From contig NW_024704742.1 of the NCBI RefSeq assembly GCF_018977255.1, forward strand, positions 124,126,001 to 124,190,000: a stretch of 64,000 nucleotides of DNA, written 5' to 3'. The position numbers and the translations under genes are program-made. Shown here piece by piece: positions 14,001 to 26,122 of this stretch (positions are counted from its first letter, which is position 1; each line of letters starts with the position of its first letter). Below the pieces are notes generated by a model that saw nothing but the letters and a program-made list of their open reading frames with translations, ran no database searches and was not told where the DNA came from. Source of the DNA: Callorhinchus milii. Taxonomy: Eukaryota.

Positions 14001-14479
14001 AGACAGAGCTGTGAAGGTCTTAATTATGAAGACACAATCGGTTGGTGGTTTTACACTGGATTTTAATTAATAGTCCACAGACAATTACAGAGATGGTAGA
14101 TTTTACAGGAACAAAATCATATCTAGCTAGATCTAGGTGATAATTATCAGAACAAAACTATTTTATAACATTAAACAAGACTAACACAATGTGAACTTGT
14201 TTTGTGACACATTACTAGAAATATATTATTTATAATCCAAAAAGTTTAAACACGAAACAAAGATAAGGATCTCAAAATTCCAATTAGCAAACATTTTGTG
14301 CTGGTGGAGATATTCCGGGGAAGGCACACACCTAGGAACATTCAGTAAGAAGGAACGATATACAGCATAGCCTTGTAATGGAAGGGTTCCACTGACAGGG
14401 TAGTTAAGGAGCTGAACAAGGCTTCGAACTTAGCAGCCACCCAAGTGGGAGCAGCTAGTGTTAAAGTTCGACAAAACTG

Positions 14480-14523
14480 CCACAACATTACACAAGCTTT
14501 CATGGGGTCAATAATATTTTATT
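14480..14523 (-). terminator. Polyadenylation signal with downstream GU-rich element
   Basis: AATAAA at 14523-14518, a CA about 16 nt downstream (14503-14502), then TTGTGTAATGTTGTGG at 14495-14480. Confidence 0.55.
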
Positions 14524-15111
14524 ACATTTCATGCCAGACGACAGCAGCTCCTAACCACAAAATGTACTGGGCTTTTCCACCAGTTGAAAACAACAAAAAT
14601 AAAAAATATTAGCACATCGATAAAACTTGCACGCATAAATATTATTTAATGCGTATATAAAACTATTCAAAATATAGGTATATTCACAGGATGGCAATAA
14701 AAACATTGTACCATCACTATTCTTTGCGACTACAATATACCAAGTGAAGATGTTATATGAACAGTGACAGATATATAAACATTCCCCAACATGTGACCAA
14801 AAAAACTTTAACAATGGAAATAACGGTAGGTGAATGACAATTGGTGCAAACATAATACAACATAGTTAAAATACAGTAATTCTTTGAAATTGAAGTCCAT
14901 TTTCACCAACAAATGTTGATTAAAGATGTTGTAGACACAATTTGATTTTCCAGCGTCATAAAGTAACATGTATCTGTCTGCAGTTGAACTGTGAAGACGT
15001 TGTAATATAAATAGACGTGACTGTAGCCATGGGGTGGTGGGGTTCACTTGAGGTCATTTACATTCTTTGTAAGCTTCAAATTGTAGGCAGGATCATATCT
15101 GGGAAGACGAT
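14502..15111 (-). ncRNA. Candidate terminal exon (lncRNA or micropeptide mRNA)
   Basis: Acceptor ctcttatcAG at 15113-15112, then repeat-free, 3'UTR-like U-rich sequence ending in AATAAA and a GU-rich element. Only short ORFs. Confidence 0.5.
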
Positions 15112-15788
15112 CTGATAAGAGGTTGTTTAACATCAGGCCAAGCAGAACTGACTTGTGTGGAGGTTCAATGTATTTCTGTCTATGAGCTCAAAAAGAATGT
15201 TTTAGTTAAAGGAAGATCTTCCCCATTGCAACCTCTTTCCAAACAAATACATTCAATCCTACTATTAAAATTCTGTATGTCTGCATCAGCCTTTAGTATG
15301 ATTGTGCCAACTCTAAACAGCTGTAACAGGCTTAAAGCTGGCAAAACAACAGAATAAACAGAGCTAATGTACAGTTCTCCATAAATCAAACATTAATGAG
15401 ATTCCAAGTAGGATCTTTACGGTGCAAACAGAAATTTTTAACACTGGGTCAAAAAGTCCTACAGAATTTTGCAAGGTTTTAGCATGGATTACATTATTTT
15501 ACTCTCCAAATTCCATCATTAACTCTACAAATTTTTGGCCAGATTTTCCCTTATAGTTCATTGCTTTATACATTTGATATGTGTAAAGATATCAATGTGT
15601 AATTTCTACATTCAACAACAAAGTATAATATTTAGTGTCCCAGAGCACTTGTGATTCAACCCACATATGATTCGTTCCCCAGCCAAAAGCATGACTGAGC
15701 TGTTAGAAAACCTATGCCTGAGGAGATGGAAGAAAATCAAAACATTCAGAAGAATAAAATAGATTGGAATCTTTTCCTCTCAAAGAAC

Positions 15789-15972
15789 CAATGCATCCAG
15801 AAAGAGTTGTGTCCAATCCATACACCAACTGACAGGTCATCAGAGGCAACAGCGGAACGGAATAAAGAGATATTAGTCAATGCATCCAGAAAGAGTTGTG
15901 TCCAATCCATACACCAACTGACAGGTCATCAGAGGCAACAGCGGAACGGAATAAAGAGATATTAGTCAATGC
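15789..15972. repeat. Perfect tandem duplication, 2 x 89 bp, with CAATGC microhomology
   Basis: Units 15789-15877 and 15878-15966, followed by a third caatgc. Confidence 0.95.
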
Positions 15973-15990
15973 TATCAGTTCTGCTCTCAC

Positions 15991-16040
15991 CTTGAGTCAG
16001 CAGCAGACAGGGAGTGCTCAACGTCTCAGGGAGCAAAAAT
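15991..16040 (-). ncRNA. Candidate 50-nt non-coding first exon of an unidentified transcript
   Basis: Runs from the predicted Inr to a strong donor AAG|GTGAGA (GT at 15990-15989); contains no ATG. Confidence 0.5.
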
Positions 16041-16142
16041 GTCTTGAATCCAGTGCAGACTCCTTTATACCAGGTGCAAACAGCAAAATAACATAGCATC
16101 GTAGTGAGCAAGTCAGCTGGGTACATTGGCTCTTTTGTTTAC
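16036..16142 (-). promoter_or_regulatory. Candidate Pol II core promoter (CCAAT, TATA, Inr)
   Basis: On the minus strand: AGCCAAT (CCAAT at 16129-16125), TATAAAGG at 16069-16062, and Inr-like C|ATTTT with +1 A at 16040, 29 nt from the first T of TATA. Also a forkhead TGTTTAC at 16136-16142 and E-boxes at 16071-16076 and 16114-16119. Confidence 0.6.
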
Positions 16143-17475
16143 ATGTTGAATGCGCTCAACCATCACCCAACCGACACACACCATCACAATATTTCTGTTC
16201 TGCTGGTAGGGTTAGAAAGAGGGTATTTGGTCATTAAGCATAGCTCTCTCCCCATTAAATACTTAATTTAATCCAAAATGTCCTGCTCTTCCCCTTCTTA
16301 CTCATTTATAAAGTCTCTCCTTGAATACTTAACTGTTATCGGATTTAAAATCAAAGACATTTTATTTTTTATGTTGTTTAATAAAAAGCTAATGGCAGAT
16401 AGTGGATTTAAACCTCTAATGTAACAATGGAAGAGTTGAATTAGATCAAGCTGTGAGCACAGAAGCCATCTGGATATAACCAGAGAAAGGATGCTGAGCA
16501 ATAAAGGGCAGGAAGCATCGGAAGAGAGCAAGAGGGCTGTCTGTCCAGGGAGAGAAGTCCAGGTTAAAATCAAGAAAATGTTTAAACGTTTAGGTATCAT
16601 CCAGATTCTGTGTGTCCTCTGCAGCTGTGTCCAGCCTGTGGAACACTGAGTATGTTATTCTTAAATGAAAGGTGTGTTTACCCTTAGCTCTTCAGAGGGA
16701 ACTTTAAAACAAGGTTTATTTTTCTTAGTTGCTGCAGTGCACTTAGAGCTCAGCTGTTACTGCCTCTCTCCGGTTCAGTCTGGCCTATCACATCTGTCCC
16801 ATGGGCAACCTGTGAAGTAGAGCCACCAGGCTATGTGTGAACTGTTAGCTGTTTTACTTGTACTTTGTTGTACATCTTTTGTATGTGACTGACTGCATGT
16901 TTTATCACGCTGTGCTTTAGTGTAAACTAGCTGTGAGTAACAAATGACTTATAAAGTATTTAATAGTACTTATTATTTATTGAACCATTCCCTTGCCGTG
17001 CCAATGTTTTCCAGACTACTTTTTAGACTGCATTTGACTTTTGTGAGTTCACAGGAAAAAACACAGGAAACGTTGTTTGAAAGAATACTCGAAGGAAGAC
17101 TCGCAAAGCATTATACAGTATTCTGCAAACATTTAAATGGTCCTTTTACATAGGAACCTAGAGATTTACCAGACTGGAAAAAGAACACTGTGGTCTGTCT
17201 AGCCAGTTCCCAAAACAATTTTAAAAATTCTATACTACGCTCTTGCTGTTAATTTGATTTCTTTGACAAATAGTTTTCTAATCCAATTTTGAGTTTGATG
17301 CCCCACTTCCTCCCTGTATAGTTTATTCCACATATTTACCGTACTCGTGTAAATTAATTACAGTTAAATGGTCTACTCATCTTCCCTCTTCCAAGTTGGT
17401 GGAGTTCCATGTTCTGTTTTGCAGGTCCTTGTGAAAAACAAACCCCAGTGTTTTAGATATATACAGAATTGAACG

Positions 17476-17810
17476 GCTGGCTCAGTTGGTAGAACTCTCG
17501 CCTCTGAGTCAGAAGGCTCTGGCTTCAAACCTGATATTGGGATTACGCAGTGTAAGATGACACTTCAATACAGTCCTGGTTGTGTGCTACATTGTTGGAG
17601 GTGCCGTCCTTCAGATGAGAAGTTAAACCAAGGCCTCATCTGCCTGTTGTAGGTGGACATTAAAGATCTCAAGTCACTACTGTAATTGAAAAGAGAAAGG
17701 AGTTTCTCAAACTGTCCTGCCCAACATTCACCCAAACAAAATGGGTCAGTCAGTTCATGGCTGCTTGTGGTGCATAGCTGTGTGTAAATTGTCTGCCACA
17801 TTCTTCTATA
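17476..17810 (+). mobile_element. Older Deu-domain SINE (SacSINE1-like)
   Basis: Same head and core as the copy at 4461. Further copies at about 5740-6000(-), 9590-9895(-), 11160-11430(-), 35425-35725(+), 39190-39405(-), 58380-58615(-) and 63800-64000(-). Confidence 0.82.
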
Positions 17811-18766
17811 AAACACACAACTCTCATTTATATAGCACCCTTCACACAGGGAAGTGCTTCAGACAGACACACATTCACACTTCACAATATATCCTTTATT
17901 CTTGCGACATCCTCATAATGTGAAAGGCGCTGTGCCAAATGTAAGGATTATTATTGTTGAGTTTACAGTGTAAACCAAACTGCTCTGCTATATGAGCTGC
18001 ACGATCACAGGTAATAGGCACTGATCCTCTGCTTTAAGGGATCACAGGTTAGTCAGTATCCAGAACCTCTAAGTCATTTCAGAGCAGCTCACTCCTCTGA
18101 AGTTAACCAGACTAAAGTCTTTTATTTCATTATTTTACTGCGCAGTACAGCTTAGCAAATTAAATGATAAACAGATGTGCAGCATTCCACATCTATCTTC
18201 AGTGATACAGATGGTCTCCTCTATTGAATTCTATTGGCAGGACTCCCATCCCTATGGTGTACTGAGGGAGACTAGATTTGTCTTTGAGGCAGTTTTTATA
18301 ATTTTGACGATTATGTCCTTTTCAGAAGACACTCGGAATAGACTAATCAATGATCACCCCAGTATATGGAACAGCTGTTTGGGGATCACAAATTGAAACA
18401 TCTAATTCAATCAAACACTTTTCCCCCCTAAAAAACTGACAAACATTTGAAGGGTTAAGCTCTGAACTGATTCTTGCAAGGTTTCCGTACAGTGTTCCTT
18501 TCTCGGCAATGGTTGATCTATAGCAAATTTTTAACAAAAAAATACTGTGATCTGAGCACCCAGATAATAGTGGTGTACAATACAATAAAAAGTTACATTT
18601 GTATAGCGTCTCTCACGTCGGGAGGACATCCCAAAGCACTGGACAGCAAGGGATTTGGATTTGGATTGAGCAGGTGGGGGAGAGGGTTGGGGTAAGGTAG
18701 GGTGGAGGGCAGGGAGGGTAGCCGAAGGCACGGTCAAAGAGGAGAGTCTTGAGACGTGCCTTGTGC

Positions 18767-18974
18767 AAGTGGTGCAGTTGTACTAGGGCCCACAAGGTTA
18801 TGGGGGCCCACGATGTTATGGGCCCAATCCATTGGTGGCTGAACGACATGTGCTATCTCATGCATGTGCTTCGCCAGGGAGGGAGAGAGAGAGCCTGAGG
18901 AGATGGAGATGGTAAAGGAATGCAAAATATTAGAATCTTGCACCAGGGCCCCCAAGGGTCTTGTTACACCACTG
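18767..18974. mobile_element. Probable hAT-type MITE
   Basis: Ends agtggtgcag and gttacaccactg, with repeated subterminal gggccc motifs; no TSD seen. Confidence 0.45.
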
Positions 18975-19539
18975 CCAGATAATTGTAATTCTCCACAGCA
19001 CAGCGTGCAGCCCTTCATTTCAGTCCTGCTCTGTGACTTGCTCATCATACCCCAGGCAAAATCTTGTGCCATTCATCTATTGCTCTGGGACTCACTGAAA
19101 AAAGCTCCCACAAAAAAAACATTCTAAACATTAATTTAAACTGTCAGTATAAATGAGCATGCCTTGTAAAATCAATCAAACTCAGGAATGAACAAGGTTT
19201 TTTTTTGTTAGCTGGGTATCTGACACATGCAGAAACCCATCACCATGCTCAAGAGTATCCAAACCAAACTGAGAATTCCATGCATCCGACCTACACGTGT
19301 GAATTCCAGAGATAAATTGTTAATTTATTTTACTTAAACATGGTTTTGTAGAAATTGTAGAGTTAAATCATTATTTAACAGATGGGATTCCTCCAATGAA
19401 GCCCTACTTATGAGAGTCAGTGCTATGGCCAAGTTTACAACTGGGCCCAACGCCTATGATGTACTGAGGGTAATAAGATTTGATTTCAAGGCCACATTTA
19501 CTTTTTGCCAAATTTCTCCCACTCTCTTTTGAAAGTGCT

Positions 19540-19850
19540 GACTTGTTGGGTTCCATTAGCCTCTGTGGTAGCTTGGCCAAGTAACCATTCTTCATGTGTA
19601 ATATTATCGGTGAGATCAAACTAAATCTTCTCATGCCAACATACACAAATACGCCCGTGAGCAAGAATCACTGAACAATAATCAGTCAGGAACCAGGAAC
19701 ATTTCAAATGATTGCCCCAACTACTGGCCCAGCCAAGATTAGCTAATTCAGCACAGACTGCAGAAAGAGCAAGTGAAACCTTTTGACCTGTATGAATGTG
19801 CTACAGCAGGCAGTGGCTCACTCAACCATCGGAGGAGCACCCAGAAGTAC
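19540..19850 (-). mobile_element. Highly decayed ancient SINE-like repeat
   Basis: The motifs gtctgtgctgaattagctaatct and acacatgaagaatggttacttgg recur in decayed form at about 3130-3430(+), 34960-35030(+) and 54515-54600(-). Family not determined. Confidence 0.45.
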
Positions 19851-20144
19851 AGTAGTATGTTACACATGAAACAAGGTTTTTTTTTAACACAATTTTTTAT
19901 TTTCATCCATAGAATATACAGTCAATTCACTTTACAGTATATTCTGTGAAGCGCTTTGAGACATCTCGAAGATGTGATAAGGCCCTATATCAAATGCAAG
20001 GATTATTATGTTAATCAGATTCACAGTATCATAACTTGCATATTTCAGTAGCCTGCAATACCTTTACATTCCCTTACATCAACGCTCAAGATTTTAGTTG
20101 TCTCCTCATTCCTCAAACTTGATCCCATTTCTGTAAATTTCTTT

Positions 20145-20919
20145 CACCAACTAGTGACTATCCTCCTCCTTCGGGGGGAGGTAAACAGAGTCTACCTGGA
20201 GCTGAATCGGCTCCAAGGTGACATGTTTGGCAACAGAATGTCGGAATTGAATCAGGATTCTGTGGCAGTTTCATTAGTCCAGTTCCTGAGCCAGGCAGGT
20301 CCACAGTAATCCAGGGCACTACTGACAACAGCACAACCAGCCTGGCTCATCGGCAGGACTTGGAAAGGCAGACCGGTCACTGGGGCCAGGGAGTCATCCC
20401 ACTCAGCTCCTGTTTACTCTGCAAGCCAAAGCTCTAATGGATAGGGTGGTCCAACTGGGCAACCAGCGGGAAAGCTTGCCAGACAGCGAGATCAATGGCA
20501 AGCTATACGGGTTTAAATGCAAATTGTTGTTATTTTAACTGGTTAGACTCCAGCAGTTACCCCAATGCACACCCTGGGGCTCCCCAAGCTCTTGCTATCC
20601 AGTGCCTATTAGATAAGCAAGAAGCATCCCTCTAGGGAGGCAGGGGCATTCCATTCCAATAAATATTTCTGGAATTTCCATGTGTAGGTGGGATACATGG
20701 AATTCAGGTTTGGATACTCTTAAGAATGGCAAAGGGTTTCTGCATGAATTGGATAGGTACTTGAAAGAAAAGATTTGCAGGTCTATGGGGCAAGCGCGGG
20801 TGAGTAGGACTAGTTGGATAGCTCTTTCAAAAGAGCCAGCACAGGCACGATGGCTGAATAGTTTCCTCCTGTGCTGTAAGATTCTATGATGTGTCAGACA
20901 CCCAGCTGACTAAAAAAAA
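20145..20919 (+). mobile_element. 3' end of the RTE-like LINE, with a nested CR1 tail
   Basis: Same sequence as the 12060 copy; ends gtcagacacccagctgactaaaaaaaa. Confidence 0.85.
20730..20889 (+). mobile_element. CR1-type 3' end nested in the RTE-like repeat
   Basis: Ends in gagccagcacaggcacgatggctgaatagtttcctcctgtgctgtaagattctatg. Similar short CR1 tails lie at about 5590-5735(-), 11742-11830(-), 25150-25270(+), 26880-26980(-) and 27970-28075(+). Confidence 0.75.
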
Positions 20920-21020
20920 GGTTCCTTTCTTATTTATCTATATATTACATGACTGTTTGCATTTTCAATGCCCTCAATTTTTTGGGGGGAAATACGACTT
21001 CCTCTTTTTTATATACCTAC

Positions 21021-21163
21021 CTTCTCCCCTTCCCCTTTTCTTGGTCTCTTGCAACACATGCTACAACCGCAGACAAGAAAGCTGCTCCACATCATGTTGT
21101 CACCAGCTGCTGGAGTGCAGGAGGGAGCCCGAAGGGATTCTTCCTTGGATTTGTTCTTCTCTC
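21021..21163 (-). other. Candidate 143-nt internal exon with a Cys-rich micro-ORF start
   Basis: Acceptor ccttacAG at 21165-21164 and donor AAG|GTAGGT at 21020. An ATG at 21095 (A at -3) opens MMWSSFLVCGCSMCCKRPRKGEGEK up to the donor. Confidence 0.35.
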
Positions 21164-22202
21164 CTGTAAGGTAGCCTTTGGCTCAGCAATTTCCCACAAA
21201 AGCATGATTGAGATATAGGGTGTCTGGCGGCAATCACAGTTACTGTATGGAGGCAAAAATTGGGGCTCCATTTTGTTACCTTTGCAACTCCATGCAATTG
21301 GTTAAACATTCCTTCAACCTTAGCTTTTTGCCATTCCATCCATTCTGTAAATTCAGTGTTCTCTAGCACAGGAGACCTGGAGAAAAAAGGCAAATGCTGG
21401 AATGTGTTATTTTCTGTTTTCAACATTATATTCACAGTAGATTATCATAAGTATAATAGTAAAGTATAATCAGGAAGATGCTTGACCTCCACATGAGGGA
21501 GAGGGGAATAGAAGTGTATGGGAGGGAGTAAGGAGTGAGTGGAGACTTGTGTGGAATATAAAAACTGGCACAGACTGGTTGGCCCGAGATGCCTATTTCC
21601 ATGCTGCACATTCTTTGTAGATATATTCATGATATTGTTAGATATAGATAATACCTAAATGAATCAATATGCCCAGCAAGCAAGCAGTTTTTGCTATCTT
21701 TTCTACAGTTACTGTAAAGTGAATTGACTACATTTTGTGGGCGAAACGTGGCAGCCAATTGCACACAGAAGTGTCCCACAAACAGTCATGGATTGAGTGA
21801 CCAAATTATTATTACTTATTTATTTTTATCCATTGAGTATCCATTGAGCAAGGGAAGCAGTCGATGTGGTAGTATTGCAGATTGTTGCAGAGGAAGACTC
21901 AATGCAACACATTGCATTTATGTACTGAGTCACTGAGGCAACCTCAGAGTGAATGATTCAGTCTAAATCCATAGCTTGTCACTGCCCATATCGCAACGGA
22001 CACTTCCTTTGTACTCAGCTATAATCCAAATGTCGATAAACCTTCAACTGATCTGGGACAAGCGGCTCTTAGATCTTACCCACATTTTGCAAGATATTCA
22101 AGAAAGAGTGAAAACACAGAACCTGCAAATCCATTAAAAAAATGGAGATAAGGAAGAAATACAAGCATGGGGTAGTTTCATTGTAGTTTCTCAGGAAATT
22201 AC

Positions 22203-22330
22203 CTCAAGTCCGTCCTGTTTCTGTGAAGTGACTTATTGGGTTCTCCCTGGTACAATCTACTTCCTGCCTATCGTTCAACACAAATTTTTTGAGAATACAT
22301 TCTTGCTGTGAACACTTCCTGCTTGGCAAT
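22203..22330 (-). promoter_or_regulatory. ETS-motif cluster followed by a splice donor (possible alternative first exon or enhancer)
   Basis: CAGGAAGT at 22321-22314 and 22266-22259; donor GAG|GTAATT at 22202. Confidence 0.25.
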
Positions 22331-23164
22331 CACCCTTTGCGGGAGCCCGCAGCCTGCACACCAGTGCCCCTGCCAGAACCTCACGCTTGATGAGGAACCA
22401 TTAAATATCTGTTTTAAAATGATCAGAATGTGCCTGTGAGATTTGACTTGGGGAGGGGGAGAGGAAGTGGAGGGTCATCTCAATTCATAAGCATGTGTTC
22501 ATTTTGTTTCATATTCTTAAAATGTATACATTAAATGTTAAAACAAGCAGAATGATCTGTGACATATATACAGTACATACGTAATGCAAGCTTTGTGCTG
22601 GAAGGAGGCTGCAGCAAATGGTTCTTGATTTGCTACAACACAGATCTAAGTATAATAGCAGTAGTAAAAGCTTTATTACCCAACACAATTTAAACAAACT
22701 ATCTACATAATCTAAACTATACACAGCAATGGAAATTGCCTAACAAGTCAAACAATCTGCAACACTCATTTATAATTGGAATTTAATAACATTGATAATC
22801 TAATCCTATTTAGCGAACCCGGATAATCCTGTTTGGATGGGGGTACGAGGAAGGAGTTACAGCATAATGTAAGTGGCTTTACCTTCAACTGTACTGCTAT
22901 TTGCATGGCTCCCTCTTTCTTGGTCTCTGAGATCCACTGTACCATGCAAGCGTCCTACTTTTACCTTGGCCAATGACTTCAAGCTCAGATCACTAGTTAC
23001 TTCCTCCACCATCCTGTTGTTATATGTAACAGTAATAAAAATCCTGTAATAATCTCATAATCCTTACATTTGATTTAGTGTCTATAATGACAAAATGTTT
23101 CAAAGCACTTCATTGATAAATGCTTTTACGTGTCGTTATTGTGTATTTGTTGGCAAATACACCG

Positions 23165-23632
23165 GGCCGGGCGGGGGACATAGAGCAGGCCAGAGCCTGC
23201 TGAGAGGAGAGAGCAGGCAGGTTGATATGGGGTTAACAAGTCACTGAGGGCCTTAAAGGCGAGGCTGAGGATTTTGAACTTTATCCTCTGAGAGATGGGG
23301 AGCCAGTGGATCCAGGCGAGGGTGGGTGTGATGGGATCACAGAGCCTGGTACGGGAGAGGCCGTGGCTGCAGAGTTCTGGATGATCTACAGTTTATGGAG
23401 AAAAGAGTTGGGAAAGCCGACAAGCAGGGAGTTGGTGTAGTCAAGCCTAGATCTGATGAACTCGTGAATGAGGGTTTCGGGGGCCTGCGGTGTAAGACAG
23501 TGGCGGAGCCGGGTAATGTTGGGGGGGTGGGGGGAGGGAGGAAGGCAGAGTGAAAGCAGGGGGGGATGGTACAGATGTGGGGGAGAAAGGACAGTTGAGG
23601 GTCAAACAAAACGCCAAGGTTCCTGACCGGAT
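23165..23632 (-). mobile_element. L2 LINE fragment
   Basis: VRNLGVLFDPQLSF motif; colinear with the 13-kb copy. Confidence 0.85.
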
Positions 23633-24820
23633 GAGAAGATAAAAAATAGAGTCTTACCCTCAATAAAAGAAAACACTAATACTGTAGGGTTATGACACCA
23701 CAAATACTGATAAGAACATAGAAATATTTTCATCAATCAAAACATAGACTCTAGCTGGAAGCACAGTGGCTATGGTCTGTATAAACAAAGGAATAAATCT
23801 GCCTGAAGCATTACTATAATAATAATAATCCTTGCATTTGATATAGCGCCTTTTCACATCGTCGAGATCTCAAAGCGCTTCACAAAATATACTGTGAAGT
23901 GAATCACCACAGACTACATTTTGTTGTCTGTCATGAATCAGAAACTCTGTTTGCGAACTTTTGAAGCAGACAAGAAAGTGGACAAGACCAGGCTGGCACT
24001 AGTTAAAAGACTGATTCTGAATGCCTTTGAAGCAGTGTGGATTTGAAGTGGGTTCAGTAGCTATATTGTTCCCAGCCTATGTTCTGTGCTGCAAAGTGAA
24101 CTGTAACAGGAACCAGTAGAGAAACTGATCTTATCTTGCTGTTTGCTGAGATTGTTTCTGCACTAAAAGCTGCAAACTATTGATAGCATTGTATTATTTC
24201 TGTATGGAAAACACAGCTTATCCAACCACAGGCAATCACAATTATTTTGTAAATCATTGGTAGCCCCTTAATACAAGTACCAATTAATTATTTGACCTGC
24301 ACGTTTTGGTAGAAAAGGCAATTACAAACTTACAATTGAAATTGCAAAATTAATCAAAAGTTTTCTTGAAAAATTGCATATCAACACAAATATAAATAGT
24401 TCAGGATTGTGCCATTCGCCTTCCTGAGAGGTGTATGATGTTTTAAATGGATTTAAGAAACTAAACTCAGAACAATACTTTAGGTTGCACAACACAATAA
24501 AACAAAACAGCATAGGTTTAGCATTGAAAGGGCAATTTCAGGTCAGACACAAAAAAATATAACTTTACCCAGAGGGCAATTTATGATTAAAAGATTGTCT
24601 GTGAGATTGGTTGAGGCCAGGACCCATTTAAAAAACAACTTGACACTGATAGGAATGAGTCGGGTGGATATTCTGAAACAAAGAGATCAATTGGACCTCC
24701 TTTATCCAAACCAATCTAGTGATCCTGTGAGAAACATGACACAAAGACTCAGTCTCTATATACAATGTGGTTGAAGCAGAAAGTATCACTGTTTTGAAGA
24801 CCAAACACATGAGAGAGAGA

Positions 24821-25138
24821 TAATAATAATAATCCTTGCATTTGATTTAGTGCTTTTCATGCTTTCAAGACGTCTCAAAGTACTTCACAGAATATACTGT
24901 AAAGTGAATTGACTGTATATTTGTGGGGGAACCGTGGCAGCCAATTGCACACCGCAGTCTCCCACTTACAGTCGTGGATTGAGTGACCAATTTATTATTT
25001 TTTTTCTGTTGTTTGTTTTCTTGAGGGCTCATTATCAGGCATGTGGAGTACGGAAACTTGCCCAAGGTTCCACCCTGCGGGGAATCAAATCCAGGTCTCT
25101 TGCTTGCGAGGCGCATGCTCAAACCGCTGAGCTCTCCT
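24821..25138 (-). mobile_element. Same SINE family, full length
   Basis: Colinear with 10195-10505 over head, core and tail. Confidence 0.88.
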
Positions 25139-25592
25139 AATAGAGGAGTACAGGAGAGGGGAATAGGAGGTGTGGCAAGCTCATGTGGAATATAAACACT
25201 GGCATGAACTACGGTATTTGGGCTGAATGCCTTGCTTCTGTGCCATATCATTTCACATATAATTCTATGTACATTAGGATTCACAAAAAGCATCACCAAA
25301 CATTGCAAACAAAACTTTCTACAGAGTCCAAAAGCAATTTTTTCTTGTTTAATCAAGCTTGCATTTGACTATGTTACATTTTAATAACTTTATGCATAAT
25401 TTGTGCTCCCTAAATGTCAAATCAGTTACAAAGTTTGAAATATCCTTGAAATGGCAATAGAATTTTAATTATTAACATTTTTTCTTTCTCCAGTAAAAAA
25501 AACTAAGAACATATTGTAAAGCGTAATAATTAAGACACCAGGGAGTATTCCTTTACAGAGGGCAATCAACAGCTGAAATGAGTTACCAGGAA

Positions 25593-26122
25593 TTTTTTGG
25601 TCAGCCGAGTGGCACATGGAGACAGCTATCACCATGTTTAATAAGAGTGTTGAAACCACATTGAGCATTCCACATATGTATACCACCATGGAAATGTACC
25701 TATGTCTAGAATGGAATGTGTTCCCCAGAGGCTGCACCCACTTCCCTAATTGCAGATAGTATTAGGCATAGGTTAGTAATAGCCAACTCCTGAAGGTGCA
25801 CTGGAGTCCCACTTAATCAGCTAAAACAATATACCTTTCCATTGAGAGCAATCTGGCAAGTTTCCTGCTGCTTCTCCAGTTGAGGCCATCTTGCCCATTA
25901 GGACTTCGACATGCACGACTAACAGGAGTCAAGTGGGAAGAATCTCTGCTCCCAGTCTAGCCCTCCAAGACCTGCCGACAAGCTAAGCTTTGAGTATCCT
26001 GGAATACTGTAGACCTGCCTGATTCAGGAAGCAGACTCAATTCAAACATTCTGTTCCCAAGCACACCACCTTGGAACCAGTTCAGTTCCAAGGAGATCCT
26101 GCTTACATCTCCTCCAAGGAGC
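25593..26122 (-). mobile_element. 3' end of the RTE-like LINE
   Basis: ttttttggtcagccgagtggcacatg... and a decayed LLGG..LELNWFQG translation. Confidence 0.8.

Noticed and set aside
14630..14655. Small AU-rich stem-loop (acgca-t-taaat-aat-attta-tgcgt) in the candidate terminal exon as a Roquin CDE
   Set aside because: The loop is not the pyrimidine-purine-pyrimidine CDE type, and the structure is too short to support without conservation data.
16420..17150. Possible solo LTR (TGTAA...TTACA ends)
   Set aside because: The flanks (ctaa and tagg) give no target-site duplication, and there is no second copy, PBS or PPT in the window.
20270..20490. Apparent resemblance of the ~600-bp repeat to LF-SINE (agtccagttcct, gaaagcttgc)
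   Set aside because: Only short remembered motifs match. There is no tRNA head, and the repeat is continuous with a LINE ORF2 at 45 kb. A Dfam alignment would be needed to revive the idea.
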